DNA of 64,000 bases, from the NCBI GenBank assembly GCA_963706215.1, contig OY970154.1:2190243-2254242 (forward strand), given 5' to 3'. Positions 20,746 to 31,479 of the stretch are shown here, piece after piece. The DNA comes from an uncultured Alphaproteobacteria bacterium (GTDB lineage Bacteria; Pseudomonadota; Alphaproteobacteria; Rhizobiales; Beijerinckiaceae). A program made the translations under genes and the position numbers. The first letter of the stretch is position 1. Every line of letters starts with the position of its first letter. The notes under the pieces were generated by a model that made no database searches, was not told the DNA's origin, and was given only the letters and a program-made list of their open reading frames with translations.

Positions 20746-21423
20746 TTAGCGCGCGCAACCGGGCAGAGCGGCGAGCACCTCCCGCCCGAGAATACGCTGT
20801 TCTTTTGGCCAGCTCCAAAAATCGCCTTGGTGCGCCATCGCGTCCGCTAGTCTTCGCCGGTAGGCTTCCTTCGTCACTTCGACCGCGCCAAGCGAAGCAA
20901 GATGCGGCGTCACGAATTGCGCGTCGAGCAGGTGGAACCCGCCGTTCGCCAAACGCGCGACGAGATGCGCCAGGGCGACTTTCGAGGCGCCGGTCTTGCG
21001 GTGAAACATGCTTTCGCCGAAAAACGCCGCGCCGAGGTGGACGCCGTAGAGCCCCCCAACCAGCGCGCCATCCGCCCAGCTCTCCACAGTGTGGACCCTG
21101 CCGGCATCGAAGAGCTGGCGATAGAGCAGTCTAATCCGGCCGTTGATCCATGTCTTCTCGCGTCCTCCGTGGGAGGCGGCGCATCCGTCGATCACGGCAT
21201 CGAAATCGCAATCGATTCTGATCTCGAAACGATCGGAGCGGATTGTCTTGGCGAGACTCTTCGATACGATTAGGCCATCGAGCGGGAAAATGCCGCGCAC
21301 TTCCGGATCGACCCAGAAAAGATTCTGATCCGTGGCGCTCTCCGCCATCGGAAAGAGGCCGATGGAATAGGCGCGGAGCAAAATATCGCTAGTTATTTCG
21401 AATTGGTCGCGGGGATGGCTCAT
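20746..21423 (-). CDS. aat: Leucyl/phenylalanyl-tRNA--protein transferase
   Basis: [34 protein letters not shown]. Confidence 0.96.
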   Translation of the reverse strand: MSHPRDQFEITSDILLRAYSIGLFPMAESATDQNLFWVDPEVRGIFPLDGLIVSKSLAKTIRSDRFEIRIDCDFDAVIDGCAASHGGREKTWINGRIRLLYRQLFDAGRVHTVESWADGALVGGLYGVHLGAAFFGESMFHRKTGASKVALAHLVARLANGGFHLLDAQFVTPHLASLGAVEVTKEAYRRRLADAMAHQGDFWSWPKEQRILGREVLAALPGCAR

Positions 21424-21552
21424 CGGACTAGACTGAGCGTGGCGGCGGACGCCGTCAAGCGCGAGCGATCTGGTAGCCGCGCGGTTTTTCGTGGTTGCTC
21501 CCCCGCGCTTGACAAAAGCTCGATCCGTGCTCTTTTCGCGGCCGGCGCCCGG

Positions 21553-21900
21553 ATGTCCAACGGAGCTTTACCCATGATGGTCTCGACGACAAATGACATA
21601 ACTGGTTTCAAGATCGTCCGGCATCTCGGGATTGTGCGCGGCATCACCGTTCGCTCGCGCAGCGTCGTCGGCAATTTGGTCGGCGGCCTTCAATCCATCT
21701 TCGGCGGCCAGATCGGCGCCTATTTAGACCTTGCGGAAACCTCGCGGCAGGAAGCCTTCGATCACATGTGCGCGCATGCCACCCAAGCAGGCGCCAATGC
21801 GGTCGTTGGGATGCGCTATGACGCCAATGAGATCATGGACGGAATTACCGAAGTCCTCGCCTATGGCACCGCGGTTTGGGTCGAGCCTTTCGCGGCATGA
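21553..21900 (+). CDS. YbjQ/UPF0145-family protein
   Basis: GIVRGITVRSR, GANAVVGMRYD, EVLAYGTAV; start uncertain (21553 or 21574). Confidence 0.92.
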   Translation: MSNGALPMMVSTTNDITGFKIVRHLGIVRGITVRSRSVVGNLVGGLQSIFGGQIGAYLDLAETSRQEAFDHMCAHATQAGANAVVGMRYDANEIMDGITEVLAYGTAVWVEPFAA

Positions 21901-21945
21901 CCGGTAACAGCCGGAACCGGTGATCGAAATTTAAGAAACCCCGCG

Positions 21946-22479
21946 ATGTTGTCCACCATCGTCTTTTGCGAGGACAGGCCCGCGAGCCCCCCCGGCCGCG
22001 ATTTGGCCGAGGTTTTGGCGCGCACGCTGGCTTCGCTTGTGACGGCCAAGGTCGAAGGCCTTCTCGGCGACGTCAGAATTGCGGGGCCTGCGCGGAAGGG
22101 CCTTGGCGTTGTCGCCAATCACGCTGGCTGCGCCCTGATCGAAGCCGAAAACGAGGCGGACTGGCTCCGTCTCGCCCTTGAAGCGGCGCGCGGCCCCGAT
22201 GTTTTTCTGCTTCGTTGCGGGCGGGCTCCGGAGGCTGGCTTTATCGAGGAAGCCGGCGATTTCCTGGCGAAAAACACCAAGGATAAATCGCGCGCGGCGC
22301 GTTTGCGCGCGGCGCCGGAGAGTTTTCTCGAACGGGTCTTTCTGTCCCTAGCGCCGGTCGCGGGGCTGATTGCCCCCCGCCATCTCATGCTCCACGCGCC
22401 GCGCGGCGGCTTTCGAAAGCTCGCGCGTTGCATCGGTCCCGCCGCGACTTTGAAGACGCGGGCGCTTCGGATCGGCTGA
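21946..22479 (+). CDS. Hypothetical protein, degenerate glycosyltransferase-2-like
   Basis: MLSTIV...LARTLASLV...A.HAGC pattern; no clear DxD. Confidence 0.55.
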   Translation: MLSTIVFCEDRPASPPGRDLAEVLARTLASLVTAKVEGLLGDVRIAGPARKGLGVVANHAGCALIEAENEADWLRLALEAARGPDVFLLRCGRAPEAGFIEEAGDFLAKNTKDKSRAARLRAAPESFLERVFLSLAPVAGLIAPRHLMLHAPRGGFRKLARCIGPAATLKTRALRIG

Positions 22480-22494
22480 GTGGGATCACGGACG

Positions 22495-22536
22495 AATCGT
22501 ACCGAAATGTTCCACGTACAACATTTTGGTACGATT
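22495..22536. repeat. 17-bp inverted repeat centred on a parS-like 16-mer
   Basis: Arms AATCGTACCGAAATGTT / AACATTTTGGTACGATT (16/17) around CCACGTAC; centre TGTTCCACGTACAACA (22508-22523). Confidence 0.75.
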
Positions 22537-22882
22537 GACGGGCGAGGGAGACAGACGCTCGCAAGGCGAGGCGATTGTCTTTTGGGCGAAATCTTTTGTC
22601 CGGTTCGAGACGCGGCGGCTTGGTTGGCCCTGCCCGAAAGATCGGGTCGGGCATCGCCCGCGTATTGCGTAAATCAAGGCCTGATCGACGCCGGACTAGC
22701 GAAATGTGGAAGAGAGACTATCATGTCACTTCTCCGGCACAGCGGGCAGCGTTGTCCGGCGGCGCCGGAGGAATTGCCGGGAAGGGGACATCTTGCGCGA
22801 GCAAGGTGTCCCCTCGGCTATCCATCATCATTTTTCTTTGACACCCTCATCCGTCTCGACCGGCGAAGAGAGCGGCGGATGG

Positions 22883-24043
22883 TTAGGGCGTACATCCTCC
22901 GGAATATGCACAGTTCACGTCATTGAACCAAATTTGGTATGGCGGCCCGATTTCCGGAGTGTAGGAGATGGGAGTCGTGCCGTTGTCAGCATACATGGTG
23001 AGGAGGGATGTGTTAGACCCCGTTTGTCCCGGATAGCGCAGCACGCCAGCACCCGTGTAGGCGTAGTTACTCGCCCAGAAATCCCCCACGTAGTTGACCA
23101 GCGCATAGTAGTTGGAGCCATTGCAGCATGGCCGCTCCACGATATATTCGGCGCTGTCGCCGACCAGACGGGTCGACCCCGTGGGCGCGATGCTGTAAGC
23201 TCCATAGATTGCGCGGGTCAGATCGTAGACGTACACATACCCTTGCGTGGCGCTGGGCGCGTAGGTTTCGACAAACATATCGTCGCCGGGACCCACGTAG
23301 TACGCGCCGAGAATGGGGTAGCTCGGGTACCACTCGATCCATGCGAAATACTGGGTAGAGGTCACGGGAAGTCCACCATAGTTAACGCAAGAGGCCTGCG
23401 ACAAGGTGCCGCCTTGCAGCACATCGCCATTATCATAGCCATCGATGCCGTTCCAGCTGACTTCTAAGTCAGTAGTTCCATCGCAGAAGCCGAAGGCCTC
23501 CTGAGCGACCGGCACATTGAATTCCGAGACGACGAAGAGGAACGAGTTGCTCGCATTCCATGATGTCAGGTTGGGAACGAGATTGGCGACGCCGCTCCAG
23601 TTGAACGAGCCAACGCTGATCGTCCCCTCGGCCGACCCCGCGGGTTTGCCAGCCGCCTTCATTGGCATGCTCTTCCGATTAGTGACTGTCAGAGGCCCCG
23701 CATAGTGCGTTGCGTGCGCGACCATGGACATCGCTTTCATCCATTTCGCGTAACTAGCCGGATCGGCGGCCTGGTTGGGCGCCGGCGGCAGACCATAGGC
23801 GGCACGCTGCTCGGCGGACGCGTTCACCGCATCGAATCCGGCCGGCAAATCAGGAAATCCCGTCACTCCTGGTACGTTGGTCTTAATCCTGTGGGACGAT
23901 TGGTAAATTGCCGCCGCGGTGGAGCTTATTGCCGCCGCGGTGGAGCTTTGCGCCATTGCCGCGCCGGCCAACGGCATCATCCCGATGGAAACGATGGGCA
24001 CCGCGAACGCCGATACCCGGTTCAAAGACAGATGAAAACGCAT
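22883..24043 (-). CDS. Secreted G1-family glutamic endopeptidase with pro-region
   Basis: Signal peptide, then NWSG, WNGIDG, LQGGT (catalytic Q), AWIEWYP and AEYIVERP (catalytic E). Confidence 0.85.
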   Translation of the reverse strand: MRFHLSLNRVSAFAVPIVSIGMMPLAGAAMAQSSTAAAISSTAAAIYQSSHRIKTNVPGVTGFPDLPAGFDAVNASAEQRAAYGLPPAPNQAADPASYAKWMKAMSMVAHATHYAGPLTVTNRKSMPMKAAGKPAGSAEGTISVGSFNWSGVANLVPNLTSWNASNSFLFVVSEFNVPVAQEAFGFCDGTTDLEVSWNGIDGYDNGDVLQGGTLSQASCVNYGGLPVTSTQYFAWIEWYPSYPILGAYYVGPGDDMFVETYAPSATQGYVYVYDLTRAIYGAYSIAPTGSTRLVGDSAEYIVERPCCNGSNYYALVNYVGDFWASNYAYTGAGVLRYPGQTGSNTSLLTMYADNGTTPISYTPEIGPPYQIWFNDVNCAYSGGCTP

Positions 24044-24347
24044 GGGACCCTCCTTAAAACCTTTTGGTTGTTTCGATTATCGAGTGAAAATTCTCCCCTC
24101 ACCCGACAGTCCCCAATTGACCGGGGGCCGGAGACCAAACCACATTCTTCGTTTCGGCGCACCCCCTGTTTAGGGGGCGCGTTGCCAACTAAGGCCGAAC
24201 CAATCACGAACGAACGACGGAAAATGGTAGTGTCCTATTTTGATCTGTATGTGAGGCCGGTCACCATCGACAACCGCCGGGCGAAAAGGAAGTGCCCGCC
24301 GGGGAGGATCGGCGGCACTTCCGGCAAGGAAGGCTCGGCCCTTTGCC

Positions 24348-25220
24348 CTAGCGCGCGAAGGTGTTGCAGGAATCGACCTCGCCCGATTTCAAGCCGACGC
24401 TCAGCCACTGGACGCGCTGCGCCGCCGTGCCGTGGGTGAAGGAATCGGGCACCGCGTAGCCTTGCGACGCCTTCTGAAGACGATCGTCGCCGATCGCCTG
24501 CGCGGTATTGACCGCCAATTCGAGGTCGCCCGCCTCCAGGAATTGGTATTTGCGTTCGGCATTGGCGGCCCATACGCCGGCGAGGCAATCGGCCATGAGC
24601 TCGACCCGCACCGACAAATTATTCGCAGTGCTCTCCTCGCCCTTGCGCGCGGCGGCTAGCTGCGCCGCCTGAACCTTCGGCAATATGCCGAGCAGGTTTT
24701 GGACGTGATGGCCTATCTCATGCGCAATGACATAAGTGTAGGCGAAGTCGCCGCCGCCGCCGAGGCGCCGTTTCATGTCCTGGAAGAAGGCCGTATCGAG
24801 ATAGACTTTTTGATCCCTCGGGCAATAGAAAGGCCCCATGGCCGACTGGGCGCCGCCGCAGCCCGAGGCGGTCCGCCCGCTATAGAGGACGAGTTTTGGC
24901 TTGACGTAGGGAATCCCTTTCTGCTGCGGCAGGATCTCCGTCCACACCGTCTCGTTCGCGGCGAGAACGGCGGCGACGAATTGGCCCATGTCGTCCGACG
25001 GCGTCCCCGTCTGCGTCGCCGTGGTTTGCGTGCCCGGGCGCATCTTGTTGACCATTTCCGCGCCGCCGATCAGAAGCCGCGGATCGATGCCGAGCGCCCA
25101 ACCGAGGAGACCCAGAACCACCACGGTCCCGATGCCGAGACCGCCCTTGCCGGCCATGCCGCCGGTTTGCCCCCGCCGGTCCTCGACGTTGGCCGAGCGG
25201 CCGAAATCTTGCCATTTCAT
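24348..25220 (-). CDS. Neutral zinc metallopeptidase (YpfJ-like)
   Basis: NVEDRRG, GPFYCP, YVIAHEIGHHVQ, ELMADC, SFTHG. Confidence 0.93.
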   Translation of the reverse strand: MKWQDFGRSANVEDRRGQTGGMAGKGGLGIGTVVVLGLLGWALGIDPRLLIGGAEMVNKMRPGTQTTATQTGTPSDDMGQFVAAVLAANETVWTEILPQQKGIPYVKPKLVLYSGRTASGCGGAQSAMGPFYCPRDQKVYLDTAFFQDMKRRLGGGGDFAYTYVIAHEIGHHVQNLLGILPKVQAAQLAAARKGEESTANNLSVRVELMADCLAGVWAANAERKYQFLEAGDLELAVNTAQAIGDDRLQKASQGYAVPDSFTHGTAAQRVQWLSVGLKSGEVDSCNTFAR

Positions 25221-25365
25221 AAGCGCCTCCCGCTGGTTACTTTGTCATATCCCGCTTGGCTCCCAAAAAGCCACACGACAAAACTCGAAGTCAACGGCGG
25301 GGGCGCGCATGGCGTTCGTTCCTTAGCTTAGCGCATTTCGTCCTTCAAGAACTGGTTCGGGCCGC

Positions 25366-26430
25366 TCACCCGCCGGTGACGCTCATGTGACGCGCAACCG
25401 CGGGCTTCGCGTGGTCCCGATCGATGATGAAATCATGGCCCTTGGGCTTGCGGGCGATCGCGGCGTTAAGAGCCTCGTGCAAAAGCGCGTCCGTTGGCGA
25501 TGCGCGCAACGGCGCGCGCAGATCGGCCGCCTCCTCTTGGCCAAGGCACATGTAAAGCGTTCCGGTGCAGGTCACGCGCACGCGATTGCAGCTTTCGCAA
25601 AAATTATGGGTGAGCGGGGTGATGAAGCCCAAACGGCCCCCGGTTTCCGCGACCTGCACATAACGGGCGGGGCCGCCTGTCCGGTAGCCGGTCTCACGCA
25701 AGGTGAAGCGGTCCTTGAGCCGCTGCTCGATGAGGTTCAAAGGCAAAAATTGATCGGAGCGCCGCGCGTCGATCGCGCCAAGCGGCATGACCTCGATCAA
25801 GGTGAGGTCGAACCCACGCGCATGCGCCCATTCGAGCATCGCAACGATCTCGGCCTCGTTCACGCCTTTAAGCACCACCATGTTGATCTTGACCGATAAT
25901 CCCGCCGCTTGCGCGGCATCGATCCCGGCCATCGTTTGGGCGTGATCGCCGCGGCGGGTGATCGCCTTGTATTTCGCCGGGTCGAGCGTATCAAGCGACA
26001 CGTTGAGGCGGCGCACGCCCGCCTCCGCGAGTTCTTTCGCATGATGCGCGAGCCGGGACCCGTTGGTCGTGAGGGTCAACTCGGAGAGTGCGCCGGACTC
26101 GATGTGGCGGCCGAGCGCGTGGAACAGGTGGAGGATATTCCGGCGCACCAAGGGTTCCCCGCCGGTGATTCTGAGCTTGCGGACGCCGCGGCTGACGAAA
26201 GCCGTGCACAAACGGTCGAGCTCTTCCAAGGTGAGCAAATCGCGCTTGGGCAGGAAATTCATGTCTTCCGGCATGCAATAGACGCAGCGCATGTCGCAGC
26301 GATCGGTCACCGACACGCGAACATAGGAGATCACGCGTCCGAACGGATCGACGAGCGGCGGCGTGGCAGGCGAGCCGGGCGCTGGTTGAAAACCCGCCCG
26401 TGGAATTTGGCTGACGACGATCATGGGCAT
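25366..26430 (-). CDS. moaA: GTP 3',8-cyclase
   Basis: Radical [19 protein letters not shown]-terminal CESCNR...CLG and terminal GG. Confidence 0.97.
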   Translation of the reverse strand: MPMIVVSQIPRAGFQPAPGSPATPPLVDPFGRVISYVRVSVTDRCDMRCVYCMPEDMNFLPKRDLLTLEELDRLCTAFVSRGVRKLRITGGEPLVRRNILHLFHALGRHIESGALSELTLTTNGSRLAHHAKELAEAGVRRLNVSLDTLDPAKYKAITRRGDHAQTMAGIDAAQAAGLSVKINMVVLKGVNEAEIVAMLEWAHARGFDLTLIEVMPLGAIDARRSDQFLPLNLIEQRLKDRFTLRETGYRTGGPARYVQVAETGGRLGFITPLTHNFCESCNRVRVTCTGTLYMCLGQEEAADLRAPLRASPTDALLHEALNAAIARKPKGHDFIIDRDHAKPAVARHMSVTGG

Positions 26431-26548
26431 ATCTGTACCTATCCGGCGGCGGAAATTCCACGCCAATATGATACATAATGAGAGCCGCCGGAAAAGCGCG
26501 GCAGCAAAATCTGCAAGCTCAAGCGCAAGGCAGGACGGAGATCACGCG

Positions 26549-26929
26549 ATGCGCGACAATCGGAATCAATGGCCGAGCGAATTACGGCTGAGGGAGAACG
26601 GCCGTATCCTTAGGGTCAGTTTCGAGAGCGGCGACGCATACGACCTGTCCGCCGAATATCTGCGGGTCATGAGCCCCAGCGCGGAAGTCCAGGGCCACCG
26701 CCGCGAAGAACACTTGACCATCGGCGGCAAGCGGCATTGCTGCGTGACCGGGATCGAGCCGGTCGGCACCTATGCGGTGCGGCTGATATTCGACGATTTG
26801 CACTCCACCGGCATCTTCACCTGGGACTATCTCCATGAGCTCGGCTCGCGTCATGACGTGAACTGGGCGGTCTACGAGGCGGAGCTCAAAACCAAGGGGC
26901 TCAGCCGCGACCGGGCGGGACAGGCATGA
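26549..26929 (+). CDS. DUF971 (gamma-butyrobetaine hydroxylase N-terminal-like) protein
   Basis: EYLRVMSPSAEVQGH, VGTYAVRLIFDDLHSTGIFTWDYL. Confidence 0.9.
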   Translation: MRDNRNQWPSELRLRENGRILRVSFESGDAYDLSAEYLRVMSPSAEVQGHRREEHLTIGGKRHCCVTGIEPVGTYAVRLIFDDLHSTGIFTWDYLHELGSRHDVNWAVYEAELKTKGLSRDRAGQA

Positions 26930-27037
26930 GAGTTTTCGCCTCGCCGGCGCTGAATAGAGCGTCCATTGTCGCGCCAAATCAAAATTTGCGGTGTCAAGAC
27001 GCGAGCGGAACAGCATTGACGAAGCGAGCTGATCGAG

Positions 27038-27736
27038 ATGGATTTTTGGGCGGATTTGTGCAGCTTTATGCATCACTGGTCGGATGTATGGAGTTTCCTG
27101 ACGGCCATTGGGACAGTTGGCATGACGGTGGCGACATATGCCATCGTTCGCCAAGGCAAGCATCAGAGAGAGGACGCTCAGCAGCAACATCGGGATCGGT
27201 TCAAGCCGATTTGCATCCTAATGCCCTATAATAGCGTTGATCCGTGGAATAAGCGGTGTCAGTTGATCGAGAAGATCGATCCATCCCCGGACAATCCTTC
27301 CTTCGGCGCTCTGGCGATCAAGTGCGTTCTCCGAAATGTCGGGACCGGTCCGGCATTGAAGCTGCGGATCAAATTCCGATTTCCGGATATGAATGGTTGG
27401 ACTACCGAACCATGGGAACTCTCGCCGCTTGGCGCGGGAGAAAGCCGGGGCTGCGAGAATACCCCGCTGCTCGTCCCCGTTCGTATTGATGACCAATTCA
27501 CAGGCTTTTCCTTCGCGTCAATGGATTTTTACACCGTGACCGGGAAATTATGGGAAATCTGGCTCGAATATGAGGACGTCTTCGGGCGGCGCTTTTGCGC
27601 CGTGCATCACAAGAAACCCGTGCAGGCGGAGAATCAAAAGCCTATCCCGGGATCGGCGGACCGACTGGGACTATCGCCCATGTATTATTCCCCACCGCAG
27701 CCATGGGTCACCTTCCCCAAGAACCCGGAATCTTGA
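27038..27736 (+). CDS. Hypothetical membrane-anchored protein
   Basis: 232 aa; N-terminal hydrophobic helix, polar linker, LRNVGTGPA beta-rich region; lower GC than the backbone. Confidence 0.65.
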   Translation: MDFWADLCSFMHHWSDVWSFLTAIGTVGMTVATYAIVRQGKHQREDAQQQHRDRFKPICILMPYNSVDPWNKRCQLIEKIDPSPDNPSFGALAIKCVLRNVGTGPALKLRIKFRFPDMNGWTTEPWELSPLGAGESRGCENTPLLVPVRIDDQFTGFSFASMDFYTVTGKLWEIWLEYEDVFGRRFCAVHHKKPVQAENQKPIPGSADRLGLSPMYYSPPQPWVTFPKNPES

Positions 27737-27799
27737 GCCATGTGGCGCGGCCTCGTCGAGCGCAATGTCGAGGAAGCGACGCTCGCGGGGCTTGAGGCT

Positions 27800-30700
27800 T
27801 GGCTACACGCGAAACGCGGCTTCAGCTTGCACCCGACAGACAGGCCCCCTTACCGCGCGGCCGGTCTCCGGCGCGGGCGGCATTATCCGATGACTATTTT
27901 AAAATTCCGCGTTTGCGACTTCTATCGGGGCCGGGTGCCGCGACCAGGTAGTGCCATCGCAGCATCAGGCTTTCGAGGCCGCGCGCCTCGCACAAGGAGA
28001 GAATGCTTTCGAAATCGGTAATCGTAACCGCGCTCTCCCCATGCCGGATCGCACTCTCCTCGCCGTCTCCGTAATCGGCTTCATCGGCGATCATGTGGTC
28101 GAAGAAGCTCGTCGGCGGCAGCTGTTTCTTGTCGCCCACGACGACGATCCTGCGGCAGCGCGCGACAAGACCCAAGGCGTCTTCCGGGCGCATTTGACTT
28201 GCCTCGTCGATGACGAGGAGATCGAAATCGACCGAACCCGGCGGCAGGAATTGCGCGACCGAGACCGGGCTCATGAGAAAGACCGGTTTGATTTTCTGGA
28301 TCGTGCCGCCCGCCGCCTTCATCAGCTTGCGCAACGGCATGTGAGCGCGCTTGCGGCCGATTTCGCCGCGTATCACACGCATATCGCCGAGGGCGCCGCG
28401 CGGGATTGCTGCCTGATGCCGCGCGCGAACATTGCGCACGGCGGCCTCGCGCGACCTCTCCTCGATCTCGACGAATTGCGCGACAAGCTCGCCGTGCCGG
28501 TCTCCGTCGAAGGCGGCGAGTTCGGAGTCGGCCGCGATCGCCTTTTTCCAGCAGGCTTCGGCAAAAGCGGCTTCGAGTTCCACATAAGCGTTCTTGGGAT
28601 CGAGCTCGCCCGTGGCAAGAGCATTGGCGATCCAGGCGGGTCCGGCCGCGCGCACCTTTCGATCAGCGTTGACGAGCCTTGCCCATTCCTCGAAACGAAC
28701 GTGACTCGCGGCCCACCCCGCCGCCCACTCGCTCAGACGATTGACGTCGATCGTTCCGATGGACTCGGTTTGAAAAGTCGCCGCGATGTCGAGGTCGAGA
28801 AATCTTATCGCATCGGCAAACATGGTGACCACCTCGTAGAGGAGGGTTTCGAGATGATCGCAATGTGCCTCGGCCGTGACGTCGCGGGCCATGCCGATGA
28901 CCCGCTCGGCGTTGAGATGCGGATCGAAGGCGGCCAGCTCCCCGGCTGTCCTGGCAACCTCGTGGATCAGGCGAAAGACCGTCCTTTTTTCTTGCCAGAC
29001 ATCGCTCAGAATACTCGCCAGGACTCCGGCCTCGGCGACAAATTTGCGGCGCAACGCCTGGCTCGCGAGGACCACGTCGAGGAGCGCGCGCCGGTCGGCT
29101 GGCCGCGCCGGCAACGGCACCGACAACAGGCTCGCGAGCGAACCTGCCGCCTTGCGGTAGGCTTTGCCCGCCCTGGCGAGCCAGGACGCCGCGCCTTGGG
29201 CGAGCGGCGCGCGAAGCTCCTCGACGAGACCGGCCCAGGCCGCCGGATGGAAAGCGTGGAGATAGGGCGCTTGCCGTTCCAGCCATTTCGCGCCGAGAGC
29301 GGCGGCATCGGCGGCGCTGCGCGGCGAAGGGGATGTGGCGATCATGGCGGCGATGTTTTCGGCTCCCCGCGGCAAATTCGATATGGCGCGGAAGATCGCG
29401 ATGAGAGTCTTGACGCCGGCCAAGGTTGGTTTGGCGGGGAGACCGAAATAATTCGTGACCATGGTTGCGTAGGCGGCGAGCGCCGCCGCTTTGCCGGCGA
29501 GCGCTTGCAGCTTCGGAATTTGGCGCCGGAAATCCGCGGGTTGCAAAGCGCTCCGCCGCTGCACGCCGACGTACATGTGGCGGTTCAGCAGGCCAGCGCT
29601 TTCCGTAAGGCACGCGAGCCGCTCGATCAGCCGCGCTTTTTCGGCGAATTCCTTGCCGGTCCAAAGCGCCGCCTCCTCGACAAGACGCGCATCGGGCGTA
29701 AACCCGCGCCGCGCCGCCGCGATTTGGATCGAGAGCGCTCGATACGGCGTCATGGCGGTGTCGCCTATCTGGGCGTTGAGGCGTCTTGCGATATGATTCA
29801 AGTGGTCACGCGCCGCGGTCGATTGCCTTGCCGTCTCGTCTGTCGCGGATGAGCCGGCGGCCGCTTGCAAAGCGCGATCCAGTCTTTCGGCAACGATCCG
29901 CTTGTTCGCGGCCCGGCCGTGGAGTTCGAGGCAGATATCGTCGAGGCCCACCTTGTCCAGCCGGTCATAAGCAACGTTGAGGGCGGCCGTTTTCCCGGCG
30001 ACGAACAGAACCGTTTGTCCGTCATGCACGGCCGCCGCGATAATATTCGTGATCGTCTGCGATTTGCCTGTTCCAGGCGGACCTTGGACGACAAGATTAT
30101 GTCCGGCGCGAACGGTCTCGATGACCCGCGCCTGTGAGGAGTCCGCGTCGACAACATGAATGAGATCGGTTGGATTTAATATTTCGTCCTGCCGGACGGC
30201 CTCGGGCGGGACCGGAGGCTCGGCCGCGAATCCTTCGCCGAGAAGCCCGCGCAAGAGCGGATGCGCGACCAGCGCATTGCCTGGCCAATTGGCGGGTTCA
30301 AGATCGCGCATCATCAACAGCTTCGCGAAGGAATAAAAGCCAAGCTCGATTGCATTGGCGTCGATCGACCATCGCCGCTTGGCGGCAACCGCATTGGCGA
30401 CCGCATCGAAGTAACTCGATGGCCGCCAATCTTCGGTCTTTGCAACATCGGGCAGGGCGAGGCCGAAATCGCCGCGCAGCCGTTCCTGCAAGGCCTGATT
30501 GGTGGCGATGTCGTCCTCGCGAAGCTTCAGATCGAAGGTCGAGCGCTCGGCATCGCGAACCAAGGAGACCGGAAGCAGGATCAGCGGCGCGTCGCGCGGC
30601 ACGCCGGATTCTTCGTTCTCGTACCAGCGCAGGAAACCAAGGGCGAGGAAGAGGATGTTGACGCCGCACTCCTCCTCGGCGGTCTTCGCGGCGCGCTGCA

Positions 30701-31079
30701 TCCCATGCAGCCGCTTGTGCAAAAGCCCGGGCGACAGCGATGTCTGCAAACCGGTCTGGTCGCTTGTCCTAGGGGTGACCGGACGCGGCGTTTCCGGGGT
30801 CGCCGCGTCGCGCCGCATGTCCGCGATTTCCTCGGCCGCGAGAACCCGCAGCGGCTTGCTCTGGCGAACGAGATTCGCGAAGACTTCATCCGATGCATTG
30901 CCGGTGAGGGTAAGCGCGCGCGACCGCTTGGCTCCCCGCGGGGAATGAATGAGCCGGTTGCGGGTCCCGGTTTCGATTAGCTTGAGCCGTGCTTCGGCGA
31001 GCAGTTTTTCGATAGGGATCCCGGCCCGGCCGCTGGCGGTCTGTCTCCTCGCCGTCCGGATCGAAGTGACTTTCCCCAT
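27800..31079 (-). pseudogene. DUF4011 + SF1 helicase gene (Hhe-like), frameshifted and truncated
   Basis: KLIETGTRNRLI, FLALGFLRW, QGPPGTGKSQT, DEASQ, VGDKKQLPP. An extra base at 27946 breaks HYRSRHP, TAA follows at 27899-27901, and the C-terminal helicase motifs and nuclease domain are absent. Confidence 0.85.
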
Positions 31080-31479
31080 TTGCGTCTCCCTTTTGCCCGG
31101 AGGCCGCCGCAAGGCCGCCTCGGGAATGTCTTCATTCATAAGCAAGTGAAGGGATACGTATGTGACGTAAAGTCAGCTGGCAATAATCAATGAGCAATGT
31201 TTAGATGATAACCTTTATTACTAAGATCTTCGCGAGATTCTTTACCAAATATTTACCAATGGCCCGCTTGGCGCGCTTTCCTGCCGGCTTGGAAGCCGCC
31301 GGGCCGCGTTACTAAATCCCCCCTAAATGTGGACCATCGAGCATGGTCCGGACCGTTGGCTTTCCGATCATGCTTTGACGTCTTGGTGTTCGCATGATCT
31401 TTATGGCCAACGAGCCTCTGGCCGGCATCGTCCGTTTTGCCTTTCGCCGCATTTTTGGCGCCAGACCCGAGAGACCGTG

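Noticed and set aside
20556-20750. CsoR/CueR regulator or operator upstream of copA
   Set aside because: No CsoR-like ORF in the frames I read, and no ACCTTCC-N7-GGAAGGT-type site.
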